NCBI GenBank assembly: GCA_963772455.1
Contig: CAVYXJ010000012.1
Span: forward strand, 176,652-240,651
From: Candidatus Bathyarchaeota archaeon
GTDB lineage: Archaea; Thermoproteota; Bathyarchaeia; Bathyarchaeales; Bathycorpusculaceae
Length of the DNA stretch: 64,000 nucleotides
Direction: 5' to 3'
A program made the position numbers and the translations under genes. Within the stretch, counting starts at the first letter, position 1, and each line of letters begins with the position of its first letter. The notes beneath the pieces are model-generated. The model saw only the letters and a program-made list of their open reading frames with translations. It was not told the origin of the DNA and made no database searches. Below are positions 53,235 through 62,955 of the stretch, in pieces.

Positions 53235-55828
53235 TTGACAATTGTTTTTGATGTAAAGGAGCTTTATTTTGTTTAAGCAGGCCCATCCAAGCTGGGTTCT
53301 CTTGCTGGGTGATAAAGCGAAGAATCCTTCTCGTCTTGTTGGCGCTTGGAAGGAGATGACAAGTCAATCGATGGAGGAGTTGCAAGCTCTTGTTGAAAGA
53401 GTGCAGAGAAGTGAGGTTGAGGCTTGGAATTTTGGTCCACGTTCAGGTCTTAATGGTTTAGCTTGTTTGGATTGGGATTGGGAATTTCTGGCTTACTGCT
53501 GGAGCAAACATTTTGGCGAACGAGCTAAGACCCTGACGTTTCGAACGCCCAATATGGGTTATCGTATGCTCTACACCACTAATGAGAAGGAGAATAGCAG
53601 CCCATTCAAGCGACATTTGCATATGGAGTTTGAGAACGGCGGCTACGTTGCTGTTGGGGGTTTTGCGGAAGATTGCGAAGGCAACAAACAACCCTACACA
53701 AAGATAGCTGATGTTCCAATAAAGCTCGATAATTCCATCATTGCGGATACAAAGAAATTTCTTAATGAACAGTTGGGACGGTATGATTTCTTGCGTTTCA
53801 ACTGCGTATCTGCTGTCGTGGACAAAAAACATATTCGGTTGGATCATTTTCAGCGGTTAGCGGTTGTGCAGTTTATGGTGTCTAAGGATTTTTTGGATGA
53901 AGAAATCCATGACTTCTTCAAAACAATATATCAAGGGGATGGTAAGCGGGTTTATGATTTTGGGATAACTCAGTCGCAGATTTCAAGTGCGAGAGGCTTT
54001 CGTGCAGGAGGCGGCAGACCTAACCCCTGTAGCAGCTAAGACTAATCCTGAAAATGGTCGAATTAGTACGCCGTTGTTTCAGATTTTTGGCTTCGATCAT
54101 GAGAAATGTAATGGTTGTCTTCGTAAGGAGAAGGTAAAAAATGAAGTTAAGCAAGGAAAAGACCGGTTATTGGAGCAGGTTTTGGAGCGGTTGCGTTCTG
54201 AATTTATTTTTAAGACGCCCACGGATTTGCGGGACTTATTCTATTATGAGGATGGGATTTACAAGCCGGCGCAATGCAAAATTGAGGGGTTGCTTGAAAA
54301 AGAGTTAGGCGCCCAGGCATCAGCTCATTTTGTTAGTGAGGTTTTGGAGCATTTAAAGCATGGGAGCTATGTTGAGCGCTGTGAATTTAATCGGTTTGCA
54401 GGTTTTGTTCCTGTGCTTAATGGGTTGTTGAATTTGACTTCTTTGAAGCTTAAGCCGTTTGATTCAAACGTGATCTTTACCTACAAACTCAATGTGTGCT
54501 TTAACGCTGAGGCTAAGTGTCCGCGGTGGCTGGGTTTTTTGGATCAGATTTTGCCCGTTGAGGATCAGCCGTTGCTTCAGGAGTATTTGGGTTATTGTAT
54601 CTTGCCTGCGATGCCAAAGCATAAGGTTATGTGGTTTTATGGGTTGGGCAGAAATGGCAAAGGGCAGAGTAATCGCCACGTTAGAGGCCATTGTTGGTGT
54701 TGAGAATTGTAGTTATCTTCAGTTAGAAGAGTTTGATGGTGATCACCGTTTTGCGGTTGCTGGGTTGTATGGCAAGATGGTCAATGTTAGCAGTGAACCC
54801 TCAACGGTGACTGCGCTTCAAACGCCGCTGCTAAAGAAAATAACTGGAGAGGATACTTTGGATGCTGAAGTTAAGGGTAAGCAGAAGCGGCTTAGTTTTC
54901 GAAATGTTGCCAAGCCTTTTGTGTTGGGCAATGAGTTTCCCAGGGTTAGTGATACAAGTTTGGCTTTTGAGGACCGCACCTTGATCTTAAAGTTTCCTAA
55001 TTCGTTTGTGGGTAAAAATCAAGTTGACAACATTGAACGTAGTTGGCTTGAGGATTCTTTGGAGGTTTCGGGGATCTTTAATTGGATGCTTGAGGGCTTG
55101 CATCGTTTATGTTCGAATGGCGATTTTACTTTGAGCCGAACTACGCAGGAGGTTATTTTGGAGTTTAAGCGAACTTCAGATCCTATCGGTGCCTGGATGG
55201 AAGACATGTGCGTTTTCGATGTCGCTGGGTTTGTTTCTCGGAAAGCTGCCTTTGAAGACTACAAGAATTATTGTGATGAGGAACTTGGAAAGGCGCCTGA
55301 GACCGAACGCCGATTCTACCAACGCCTGCGAGATACCCCCAAAGTCAAGGATTATGAAAGCAGCAAAGAAAGGGGCTTTAAAGGCATAAAACTAAAAAAC
55401 GCCGTCGATAACGATAAACTTGATGGAGCAGGGCAAACCCAGTTAGCAGCCACCCCAAGTACCACAGTTACCACAGATGTTTCTAACTGCCAAAAATTCG
55501 TAAGCTCCGCTGAAGATAAAAATTTTCATGTTGAAAAACCTGTGGTATCTGAGGTAGCTGTGGTAGCAGACAAAGAGAGTGAAACTCAGCAAATTGGTGG
55601 GCTTACAAAAACTGCTCTAATAAATAGCGAACCAATCCACTATCACATATTGCCGCCAAACGAGCCGCACCCTTGCGATATGTACGGTTGTTCTCGAGAG
55701 GCCAAATACCATTTGGGGAAAGCTACTATTGTGATGACAAAGCGGTGAGTCATTTTAGAGAAATTGCAAACAAATGCCATCAAGAAGGCTTTGTTTTAAT
55801 TGAGGATTTGATGCAGCTTGACGTCTAA
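53235..55828 (+). CDS. plasmid/phage-satellite replicase: bifunctional PrimPol, PriL-CTD-like domain, D5/P4-type SF3 helicase and C-terminal Zn finger; frameshifted
   Basis: NFG..SG…LDWD, RTPNMG, GGYV; Walker A GLGRNGKG; LLKKITGED, GNEFP, R.LILKFPN; ORFs 53269..54039, 53987..54703 and 54492..55748 are colinear. Confidence 0.85.
55451..55565. other. candidate replication origin (inverted iterons around an AT-rich spacer)
   Basis: CACCCCAA/TACCACAG/TACCACAG, 63-bp spacer, then CTGTGGTA/CTGAGGTA/CTGTGGTA, all at 9-bp period. Confidence 0.6.
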
Positions 55829-55839
55829 CATTTTGAACT

Positions 55840-56000
55840 GTTTCTTTAAAAGAAGAACAAGTGTTTTTGCACTTTTCAAAGAAGCTTGGTTTAAATTGGT
55901 TTTGTTGAACAGGCTTCTGGAAACCTTTTTGGTTGCGTCTGCAAACGTCAGCTTTAGGCTGCCAAAGGTTGACGGCGGAGGAGTGTTCTAGTTGCCGTTA
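55840..56000 (+). repeat. leader repeat E (no hairpin; runs directly into the double-AbrB gene)
   Basis: TTGGTTGCGTCTGCAAACGTCA…GTTCTAGTTGCCGTTAA. Confidence 0.85.
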
Positions 56001-56270
56001 ACTGATCGCGTCTTCTTTAAGACACGGCTGCAGAGGGGTAATCGGGTGCAAGTTCCAAAGTATGTCAGATGGCACTACAAACTAGAACCAACCCAAATCC
56101 TACAAGTAACAGTAACCATTCTTGGAGTGTGGTCTTCTCCGCAGAGTTTTCTCTCCAGAATAAGCAAGGACGGAAGAATAGTAATACCCAAACTTGCAAT
56201 TACGATATTGAAAAACGACAAACCCAATCTAAATAATCATGTAGCTGAAGTTAGGCTTGATCCACTCTAG
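55992..56270 (+). CDS. tandem AbrB/SpoVT-like DNA-binding protein
   Basis: Two units: RLQRGNRVQVPK.VR and RISKDGRIVIPK. Confidence 0.75.
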   Translation: MPLTDRVFFKTRLQRGNRVQVPKYVRWHYKLEPTQILQVTVTILGVWSSPQSFLSRISKDGRIVIPKLAITILKNDKPNLNNHVAEVRLDPL

Positions 56271-56534
56271 TTTAATGTGAGCTATCTTCCGTTGGGTATT
56301 CATTCCCAATTCTTTCTCCATAATACTTTCTACCTAATTAAAGAAGAAAAGTGTAGAGTGTTCAGTTATAAGTTCGGAAAGGTTTTTTAGAAGAATTGTC
56401 TCGATGCTTATTTTTCATATCTTATAAGTTGCCGAGTCTGAAGTCTAATAAAATGGTGTCAGTGGTGATAAAAACTTGCTAAAGCAGCAGGGAGCCTGAG
56501 GAGTGCAAACATCTAAATCTTAATTTCGTTTATT

Positions 56535-56768
56535 TTACAATAATTTAAGAAAATCTTCTTTTGTGATGTTTGCTTGTCTAAGTATAGATTTTAATGTTCC
56601 AGTTGCCAATTCACGGTGATCTGGAACAATAACTATCAAAACTTTTCCATTAAATTTCTTTTTGAGTTTGATATGGCTGCCTTTTTTACTGTTAACTTCA
56701 AAGCCTATTTTTACTAAGGCTTTAATCGCTTTTCGACCTGAGATTACCGGAAGAGCCACTAATATCAA
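56535..56768 (-). CDS. hicA: HicA-family toxin
   Basis: LPVISG…KAL.K.GF…KGSHIKL…VPDH.EL..GTLKSILRQA. Confidence 0.9.
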   Translation of the reverse strand: MILVALPVISGRKAIKALVKIGFEVNSKKGSHIKLKKKFNGKVLIVIVPDHRELATGTLKSILRQANITKEDFLKLL

Positions 56769-56982
56769 CCTTTACAATAGTTACCATCGGGGCTTCGGCT
56801 TTAGAGGGTTTTTCAACGTCTGGGTCTTCTAAATATAATTCTAGTGCTTCCTTGAGGTTTTTTATGGCTTCTTCAACATTTTTGCCTTGACTAGCAATAT
56901 CATACTCTGGGCATAAGGCCACGTAAAAGTTATTTTCTTTGCGAATAATAGCTGAAAGTTCTAAGGTATCAATTATCTGCAT
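56722..56982 (-). CDS. hicB: HicB-family antitoxin
   Basis: YVALCPE.DIASQG..VEEA..NLKEALELYLE. Confidence 0.9.
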   Translation of the reverse strand: MQIIDTLELSAIIRKENNFYVALCPEYDIASQGKNVEEAIKNLKEALELYLEDPDVEKPSKAEAPMVTIVKVDISGSSGNLRSKSD

Positions 56983-57045
56983 AAATTAACCTTAAATGTT
57001 TACGTTGTCTTTAAAATAAACCTTCGCTCTAAGGAATTATATTGT

Positions 57046-57623
57046 CTGCAGAATTTTCTTTCAGGAATAAGCAAAGATGGACGAATAGTAATACCCAAAC
57101 TTGCAATTACGATATTGAAAAACGACAAACCCAATTTGGATAATCATGTAGCTGAGGTTAGGCTTGATCCACTTTAGCTTGATGTGTGCTATCTTCCGTT
57201 TGGTATTCGTTCCCCATTCTTTTTCCATAATACTTCTAGTTGATTAAAGTAGTAAGGTATAGGAGTATTCAATTGATATAATTCCAATTAGTTTTTTGGG
57301 AGAACCTCCTGGATTGCCATTTCAGAGGAGGAGTAGGCACTTAAGCAAAATTAAGAATTCTTCTCTAGTCAGCCCTGCTTGTTGAATTATTGTTAAAAAG
57401 TGTCTGTTAAAAGAAGAACATGTGTTTTGCATTTTGCAAAAGGTTTGGTTTAGTTTGGTTTTGTTGAACAGGCTTTGGAGATCTCTTTGGTTGCGTCTGC
57501 AAACGTCACGTTCCGTCTGCCGAAGGCAAGAACACAGGGATGTTTTAGTTGCCGTTAAATGAGATACGCCTAGTCAGGTTTAGGTGCTCGCCAACCCCAC
57601 GTCGTGGAGAATGGTGACGGCAT
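57046..57623 (+). repeat. second copy of the double-AbrB 3' half and downstream DNA, hicA stub, leader F and hairpin H7 (57579-57623)
   Basis: Aligns with 56139-56395 and 58507-58905. Confidence 0.9.
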
Positions 57624-57719
57624 AAAAGAAGAAGAAGTCTATTCGTTTGGTTATCTTTGCATCTGCTGTGGTTATGCCGCTCTGGGAAAAGGAAATGTCG
57701 GAAAGTTTAAATGTAAAAC

Positions 57720-58037
57720 TTGGTAAATTGTTATAGGGTTCTAAAGTTGGAAAATCAGGCTGTCGTAAAAAATAAAAGTGAAACTATAGCGGAAGGGCGA
57801 GGCGAGGTTATCGTAAAGAATAAGGGGCAGGTCACTATCCCCGCGAAAGTTCGAAAGAAGTACAATATTGACGAAGGAACTCGCCTTGAAATGGTCGAAA
57901 CAGAAGAGGGCATAATACTTAAGCCTAAAAAGTCAATATGGGACATGATTGGAGCCTTCTCAGACTTAGCATCTGTAGAAGAGATGAGTGAGAACTGGTA
58001 CAAGCTCAGGCATGAAAAGGATGTTGACGATGAATAA
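57720..58037 (+). CDS. AbrB/MazE/SpoVT antitoxin (start uncertain)
   Basis: KGQVTIPAKVRKKYNIDEG. Confidence 0.88.
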   Translation: MVNCYRVLKLENQAVVKNKSETIAEGRGEVIVKNKGQVTIPAKVRKKYNIDEGTRLEMVETEEGIILKPKKSIWDMIGAFSDLASVEEMSENWYKLRHEKDVDDE

Positions 58038-58416
58038 AGCAGCAGTCTATGACACTAGATTTTTCATCGAACTTTATAATTCAAAAGATGAATTGACAAA
58101 GAAGAAAGCGAGCAAAGAGAAGCAAAGAAAAAAGAGATATGTTTCGGCAGTAGTTGTCCATGAATTGTACAACAACTCCCTATCCAAGGAAGGACGGGAA
58201 ACTGCGAGGTTAAAAGTGGCGTTTCTCAAGAAAGAATTTGAGATCATTCCTGTCGATGACCAAGTCGCAGAGGTTTCAGCTGAACTTCGGCATAAATATC
58301 ACTTGTCCATGGGCGACAGCATGATCGCTGCCACAGCATCCGTGCTAAAAGCAACCTGCATTACAGACGACCCGCACTTCAAACAAATCAAAGAAATCGA
58401 AACCAGCTGGATTTAA
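58030..58416 (+). CDS. vapC: PIN-domain toxin
   Basis: VYDTRFF, VHEL, SMGDSMIAATA, TDDPHF. Confidence 0.9.
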   Translation: MNKAAVYDTRFFIELYNSKDELTKKKASKEKQRKKRYVSAVVVHELYNNSLSKEGRETARLKVAFLKKEFEIIPVDDQVAEVSAELRHKYHLSMGDSMIAATASVLKATCITDDPHFKQIKEIETSWI

Positions 58417-58441
58417 TTGTAAATATCAATGCCTATTCAGC

Positions 58442-58905
58442 TTTAGGTGCTCGCCAACTCCATGTTAGTGGGGAGAATGATGACGGCACAACTACTTTCT
58501 AAATACTCTTTCAAGAATAAGTAAAGATGGAAGAATAGTAATACCCAAACTTGCAATCACGATATTGAAAAACGACAAACCCAATCTAGATAACCACGTA
58601 GCTGAAGTTATGCTTGATCCGCTCTAGTTTAATGTGAGCTATCTTCCGTTGGGTATACATTCCCATTCTTTTTCTATAACACTTCTAGTCGATTAAAGTA
58701 GTAAGGTATAGGAGTATTCAATAGAGATATTCCAGATAGTTTTTTAGAAGACATCCTTAATTGTCATTTCAGGCGAGAAGTAGTCACTTAAGTTAATTTA
58801 GAAATTCTACTCTAGTCAGCTTGGATTATTGCTAAAAAATGTCTGCTAAAAGAAGACAGGTGATTTTGCACTTCACAAAAGGTTTGGTTGAGTTTGGTTT
58901 TATTA
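58442..58905 (+). repeat. hairpin H8 (58442-58489), third copy of the double-AbrB 3' half and truncated leader G
   Basis: TTTAGGTGCTCGC…GAGAATGATGACGGCAC followed by AGAATAAGTAAAGATGG…. Confidence 0.9.
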
Positions 58906-59006
58906 AAAAATATGAACTAGGCTATTTTTCAGAAGTTGACTTTAATAAGTTCCTTTTGTATTTGCGATATACTTAAGAGGTTATTTGAACGTTTGCGATT
59001 GGCCAC

Positions 59007-59567
59007 TTGGCCTTAGGATACATATTTGGGAAAGGCACCTCAAAGCTTGCCAAAGTCAAAGTGAATCTGCCGCTTCTGCTTGCGGCTTCAGTTCTTCCAG
59101 ACTTTGATGTGTTCTTCTCTTTCCTTACGCACCGGGGACCTTCACATTCACTTATCACAATAACATTGATTATGATTCCATTTTTTATTGTTTATCGCAA
59201 ACAAGCTATCCCGTATTATGCGGCTTTGCTCTCACATATCTTCATAGATGATCTTTTCAACTTTGGAGGAAACCAGCTGTTCTGGCCTCTGTCTGACGGC
59301 TGGATCGGCGGTATGGAAATTGGTATCACTAGGACAATTGCAGAGCTTGCTCTTTTCTTTGTAACCTTACCGATGATGTACAAACTGGGCGATTTGCAGA
59401 CTCTCTTAAAACCTCACAATAAGAATTGGGCTCTGATATTCCCGTTAGTTACGATTCTTGGACCTTTCCTAGCGCTTGGACTAGGCACAGATATGGCTAT
59501 GCCAACCCTTCTTGTGATTCCAAGTTTGTTCTATGTGGGGCTGTTTACTTTATTCGATGATTGTTGA
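59007..59567 (+). CDS. membrane-bound metal-dependent hydrolase (YdjM-like); start probably slightly upstream
   Basis: SVLPDFD, HRGPSHS, SHIFID, LFWPL. Confidence 0.8.
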   Translation: MALGYIFGKGTSKLAKVKVNLPLLLAASVLPDFDVFFSFLTHRGPSHSLITITLIMIPFFIVYRKQAIPYYAALLSHIFIDDLFNFGGNQLFWPLSDGWIGGMEIGITRTIAELALFFVTLPMMYKLGDLQTLLKPHNKNWALIFPLVTILGPFLALGLGTDMAMPTLLVIPSLFYVGLFTLFDDC

Positions 59568-60176
59568 ACTTAGAGCTTGGCAAAAGCAGATCTCAGGAAA
59601 GCTGCAACCGGGCAACACTCCTCCAATGCGTATCCCAAGTTGCAAGTTAAAACTGCCAATGTAGTAATTTTTCCCCGTCTTTTAGAAGCGGGGCACAAGT
59701 GCCTGAAATTCTTTAACGATGCGGACAATGATTTTTCGGCAATGTTGGCTATAGATTATGCACGCTCTGAACGGTTTACAGCTGCTATGGAGACTTTTTG
59801 TTAAATATCTATAGGAACTCATGAAAAATTGTGGCGGAGCTTGATGTAACGACCACAACTACGCCTGGTTCAATGACTATAGTCTCCACATGACAATGAC
59901 AAACAGTTGGTTTTTGGACATGATAACCACTTTACATTAGCCCCCAAAGTTAATGCTATACGGGCTTAATTATTTCAAATATTACCTTGGTATAAACGTT
60001 GCTGCTTTAGCCATTTACCTATCACTTAAAAAAGTTTAGACGCAAGGCGCACTCTGCTATTGTCTAAGGAAGAATGGAATATAGATCGAATTGGGGAAAG
60101 TGTATTGTATTGAGGGTTTTTTGCAAAAGATTGTTATAGTAAAATATGTTATTTAGCTGATGAGTCACCGGATTGT

Positions 60177-61317
60177 ATGGCTATCGAAGAAAGTTCAGGG
60201 CAGATACCTCGTACCGTAGCGATTACCGGACAGTCTGGGTTCATCGGTTTTCACTTAACCAACTATTTATTACTAAAGGGTTTCAATGTCGTCCCCGTTA
60301 AAAAGATCGATTTCCTTAGTGAAGAAGCGCTTCAAACCGCCTTGAAAAACTGTTGCACAATCGTGCATTTGGCGGGGATGAACCGTGGTCCAGAGCAGGA
60401 AGTGTATGATTGCAATATTAGACTTGCTTCTCAGATTATCCATGCTCTGGAGCGAGATAATTTATCGCCTCAAGTTATATTTGCGTCTTCAAGTCAGGAA
60501 GATACCGGCAGTATTTATGGCCAGGCAAAGCGAAAAGCAACTGATCTATTTGTTGATTGGGCTACCAAAAAAAATTGCCGTTTTAGTTCTCTTATAATCC
60601 CAAATGTATTTGGGCCTTTCTGCAAGCCTTTCTATAATTCGGTTGTTGCCAACATTCAGTTTTCAATTAACTCATAATCAAAACCCTGCAATACTTGTAG
60701 ACAAGACCTTAAAATTGATTTACATCAATGATTTGGTCGAAGTAATCTGTTGTTTTTTTATTGAAGGTCAATCGGAGCAATATAGGATCTTTCTACAACA
60801 CGAAAAAGAACTATTAGTCAGTGAAATTTTATCAATGCTGGGAAACTATAAAACTCAATATTACGATAGCCATGTCATTCCTCGGTTGGTAGATTCTTTT
60901 GCGGTTAAACTGTTCAATACTTTCCGATCATATTTGGATGCCTCATATTTTCCTGTTAAGGTTCCGGTAAAGTCAGATGCGCGAGGAAATTTGGTTGAAA
61001 CGGTTCGAGAACGAACTGGCGGCCAGATGTTTTACTCTTTGACAAGACCTGGACAAACAAGGGGTAATCATTATCATCGTAGAAAAGTAGAGCGGTTCTT
61101 TGTCGTAAATGGAGAGGCGCTAATTAAAATGCGTAAAATTGCAACACAAGAATTACTCGAGTTTAAAGTAAGTGGAGCTGAGCCATCTTTTGTTGACATT
61201 CCGATATTCTTTACCCATAATATAACGAATGTCGGCGCAAAAGATTTAATTACTATTTTTTGGACAAATGAACTGTTCAATTCCGAAGATGCAGATACTT
61301 TCGCGATGGAAGTCTAG
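60177..61317 (+). CDS. CapF/WbjC/FnlB-like UDP-sugar reductase-epimerase (SDR plus cupin), one frameshift
   Basis: ITGQSGFIG, HLAGMNR, YGQAK, PNVFGPFCKPFYNSVVA, RGNHYH..K.ERF.V. Confidence 0.85.
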
Positions 61318-61330
61318 TGTAGTGTTACAA

Positions 61331-62466
61331 TTGGAGGAGAAAAAACTGAAGGTAGTTACTATTGTTGGAACCCGTCCTGAGATCATACGGTTATCAGGTA
61401 ATGGCAGCTTCTTGATGAGGTAACAGAGCATATTATAGTTCATACGGGGCAGAACTATGATTATGAGTTAAACGAGGTTTTTTTTAGCGAATTAAAGATA
61501 AGACGCCCTGATTACTTCTTAGCGGTCAATACCTCGTCATTGGGTACGGTTTTAGGTGAGACCCTGATAAAGACTGAGCAGGTTCTGCTCAAAGAGAAAC
61601 CTGATGCGGTTCTAATTCTGGGTGACACGAACAGTAGTATCGCTTGTATTATGGCTAAGCGGCTGAGGATTCCAATTTATCATATGGAAGCTGGCAATAG
61701 GTGTTTTGACTTCAACGTTCCAGAAGAAATTAACAGACGTGTTATTGATCATGTCGCCGATTTTAATTTGGTTTATACAGAAAACGCTAGACGGAATTTA
61801 CTTTCCGAAGGTTTGCCTCATAGAAAAATCTATTTGACTGGATCACCACTTTTTGAAGTAATAAATCACTATAAAGACCAAATTGAGAAATCAACTGTTT
61901 TGAAAAGTTTAAGTCTTGAAAAGGACGGGTATTTTTGGTTAGTTGCCACAGAGAAGAGAACGTTGATAACCGCGATAATCTCTTGTCAATATTGAAATTT
62001 CTTGATATGTTAGCGAAGAAGTATGGCAAACGGATCATTGTCTCTACGCATCCACGAACAAGGAAGAAACTTGTGGAAATTAACCAAAAAATTGACATTA
62101 ATGTGGAGTTTCTCAAGCCTTTTGGCTTCTTTGATTACGTTAATTTACAAATGAATGCTTGTTGCACTATATCTGATAGTGGTAGCATTAGCGAAGAATC
62201 TGCCATGTTAGATTTTCCGCTGTAACCATAAGAGAAGCTATTGAAAGACCAGAGCGTTAGATGCTGGCACGATTATTCTGACAGGTTTAGATCCTCTTAT
62301 TATGCTCGAATCCGTTGAATTGGTGATAGATGAGTTCAGAAAAAAGTCATTCGCAGAATCCCGGGTAGAGTACCAAATCAATAATACTTCTTGGAGGGTT
62401 GTTAAATTAATCCTCGGAACAACAGAACTCAATAGCAAATGGGAGCATTTACGTAAAAAATTCTAA
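61331..62466 (+). CDS. wecB: non-hydrolysing UDP-HexNAc 2-epimerase (WecB/CapG/FnlC-like), frameshifted
   Basis: VGTRPE, HTGQNYDYEL, LGDTNS, HMEAGNRCFD.NVPEEINR, HREENVD, SDSGSISEE. Confidence 0.88.
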
Positions 62467-62473
62467 AGGTGAT

Positions 62474-62869
62474 TTGTTGCATGTAGAAATCAGGATGCTA
62501 TCGACTATTAAAGACGATAGGGGGTGGTTCGCTGAAATTCTCAAGAATGACTCTCCTGATCATATTGGGCAGATCCATTTCTCTGTCTCTAAAGAGGGCG
62601 TCACTAGAGGAAACCATTATCATAAAAATCGAATAGAGTGGTTACTAGTAACAAATGGAATTGGCACTATATACTTGAAAGACAACTTTACCGGAAGAAG
62701 AAAAGAGTTGACCTTGTCAGAAAAAGAACCTGTTTTGGTAAAGATTTATCCAAATGTTACTCATGCAATTGTTAACTCGGGTCAAAAGCCGATGCATTTG
62801 ATTGTTATTGCCAACCTACCGCATAGCTCGGAGAATCCTGACACATATACACAACCTATTTTTCCTTGA
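62474..62869 (+). CDS. WxcM/CapF-C-terminal-like cupin
   Basis: DDRGWFAE…TRGNHYH…E…HAI.N. Confidence 0.8.
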   Translation: MLHVEIRMLSTIKDDRGWFAEILKNDSPDHIGQIHFSVSKEGVTRGNHYHKNRIEWLLVTNGIGTIYLKDNFTGRRKELTLSEKEPVLVKIYPNVTHAIVNSGQKPMHLIVIANLPHSSENPDTYTQPIFP

Positions 62870-62955
62870 AGGAATGCTTCGACCTGATCTATTGTTTAGG
62901 GTTTTGGATAATTAAGTTTAGATTGTTATTTTCTTGAAATCTTCAACTACACTTT

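Larger units (their letters stand above)
37255..58905. mobile_element. TA-rich composite island with repeated hairpin sites, a primase-helicase replicon and replicon remnants
   Basis: About 11 TA pairs, 8 hairpin copies, several direct repeats and truncated genes; boundaries approximate; no integrase seen. Confidence 0.7.

Noticed and set aside
39552-58489. Hairpin repeats as a CRISPR array
   Set aside because: Copies are 0.85-7 kb apart with genes between them, vary internally, and no cas genes are present.
39552-58489. Hairpin repeats as canonical integron attC sites
   Set aside because: Neither strand has RYYYAAC at the 5' end with GTTRRRY at the 3' end, and no intI is in the window. Only the general architecture is similar.
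37255-58905. tRNA attachment site, integrase, IS transposase or prophage structural genes
   Set aside because: I saw no tRNA-like sequence, tyrosine/serine recombinase, DDE/HUH transposase or capsid-like ORF.
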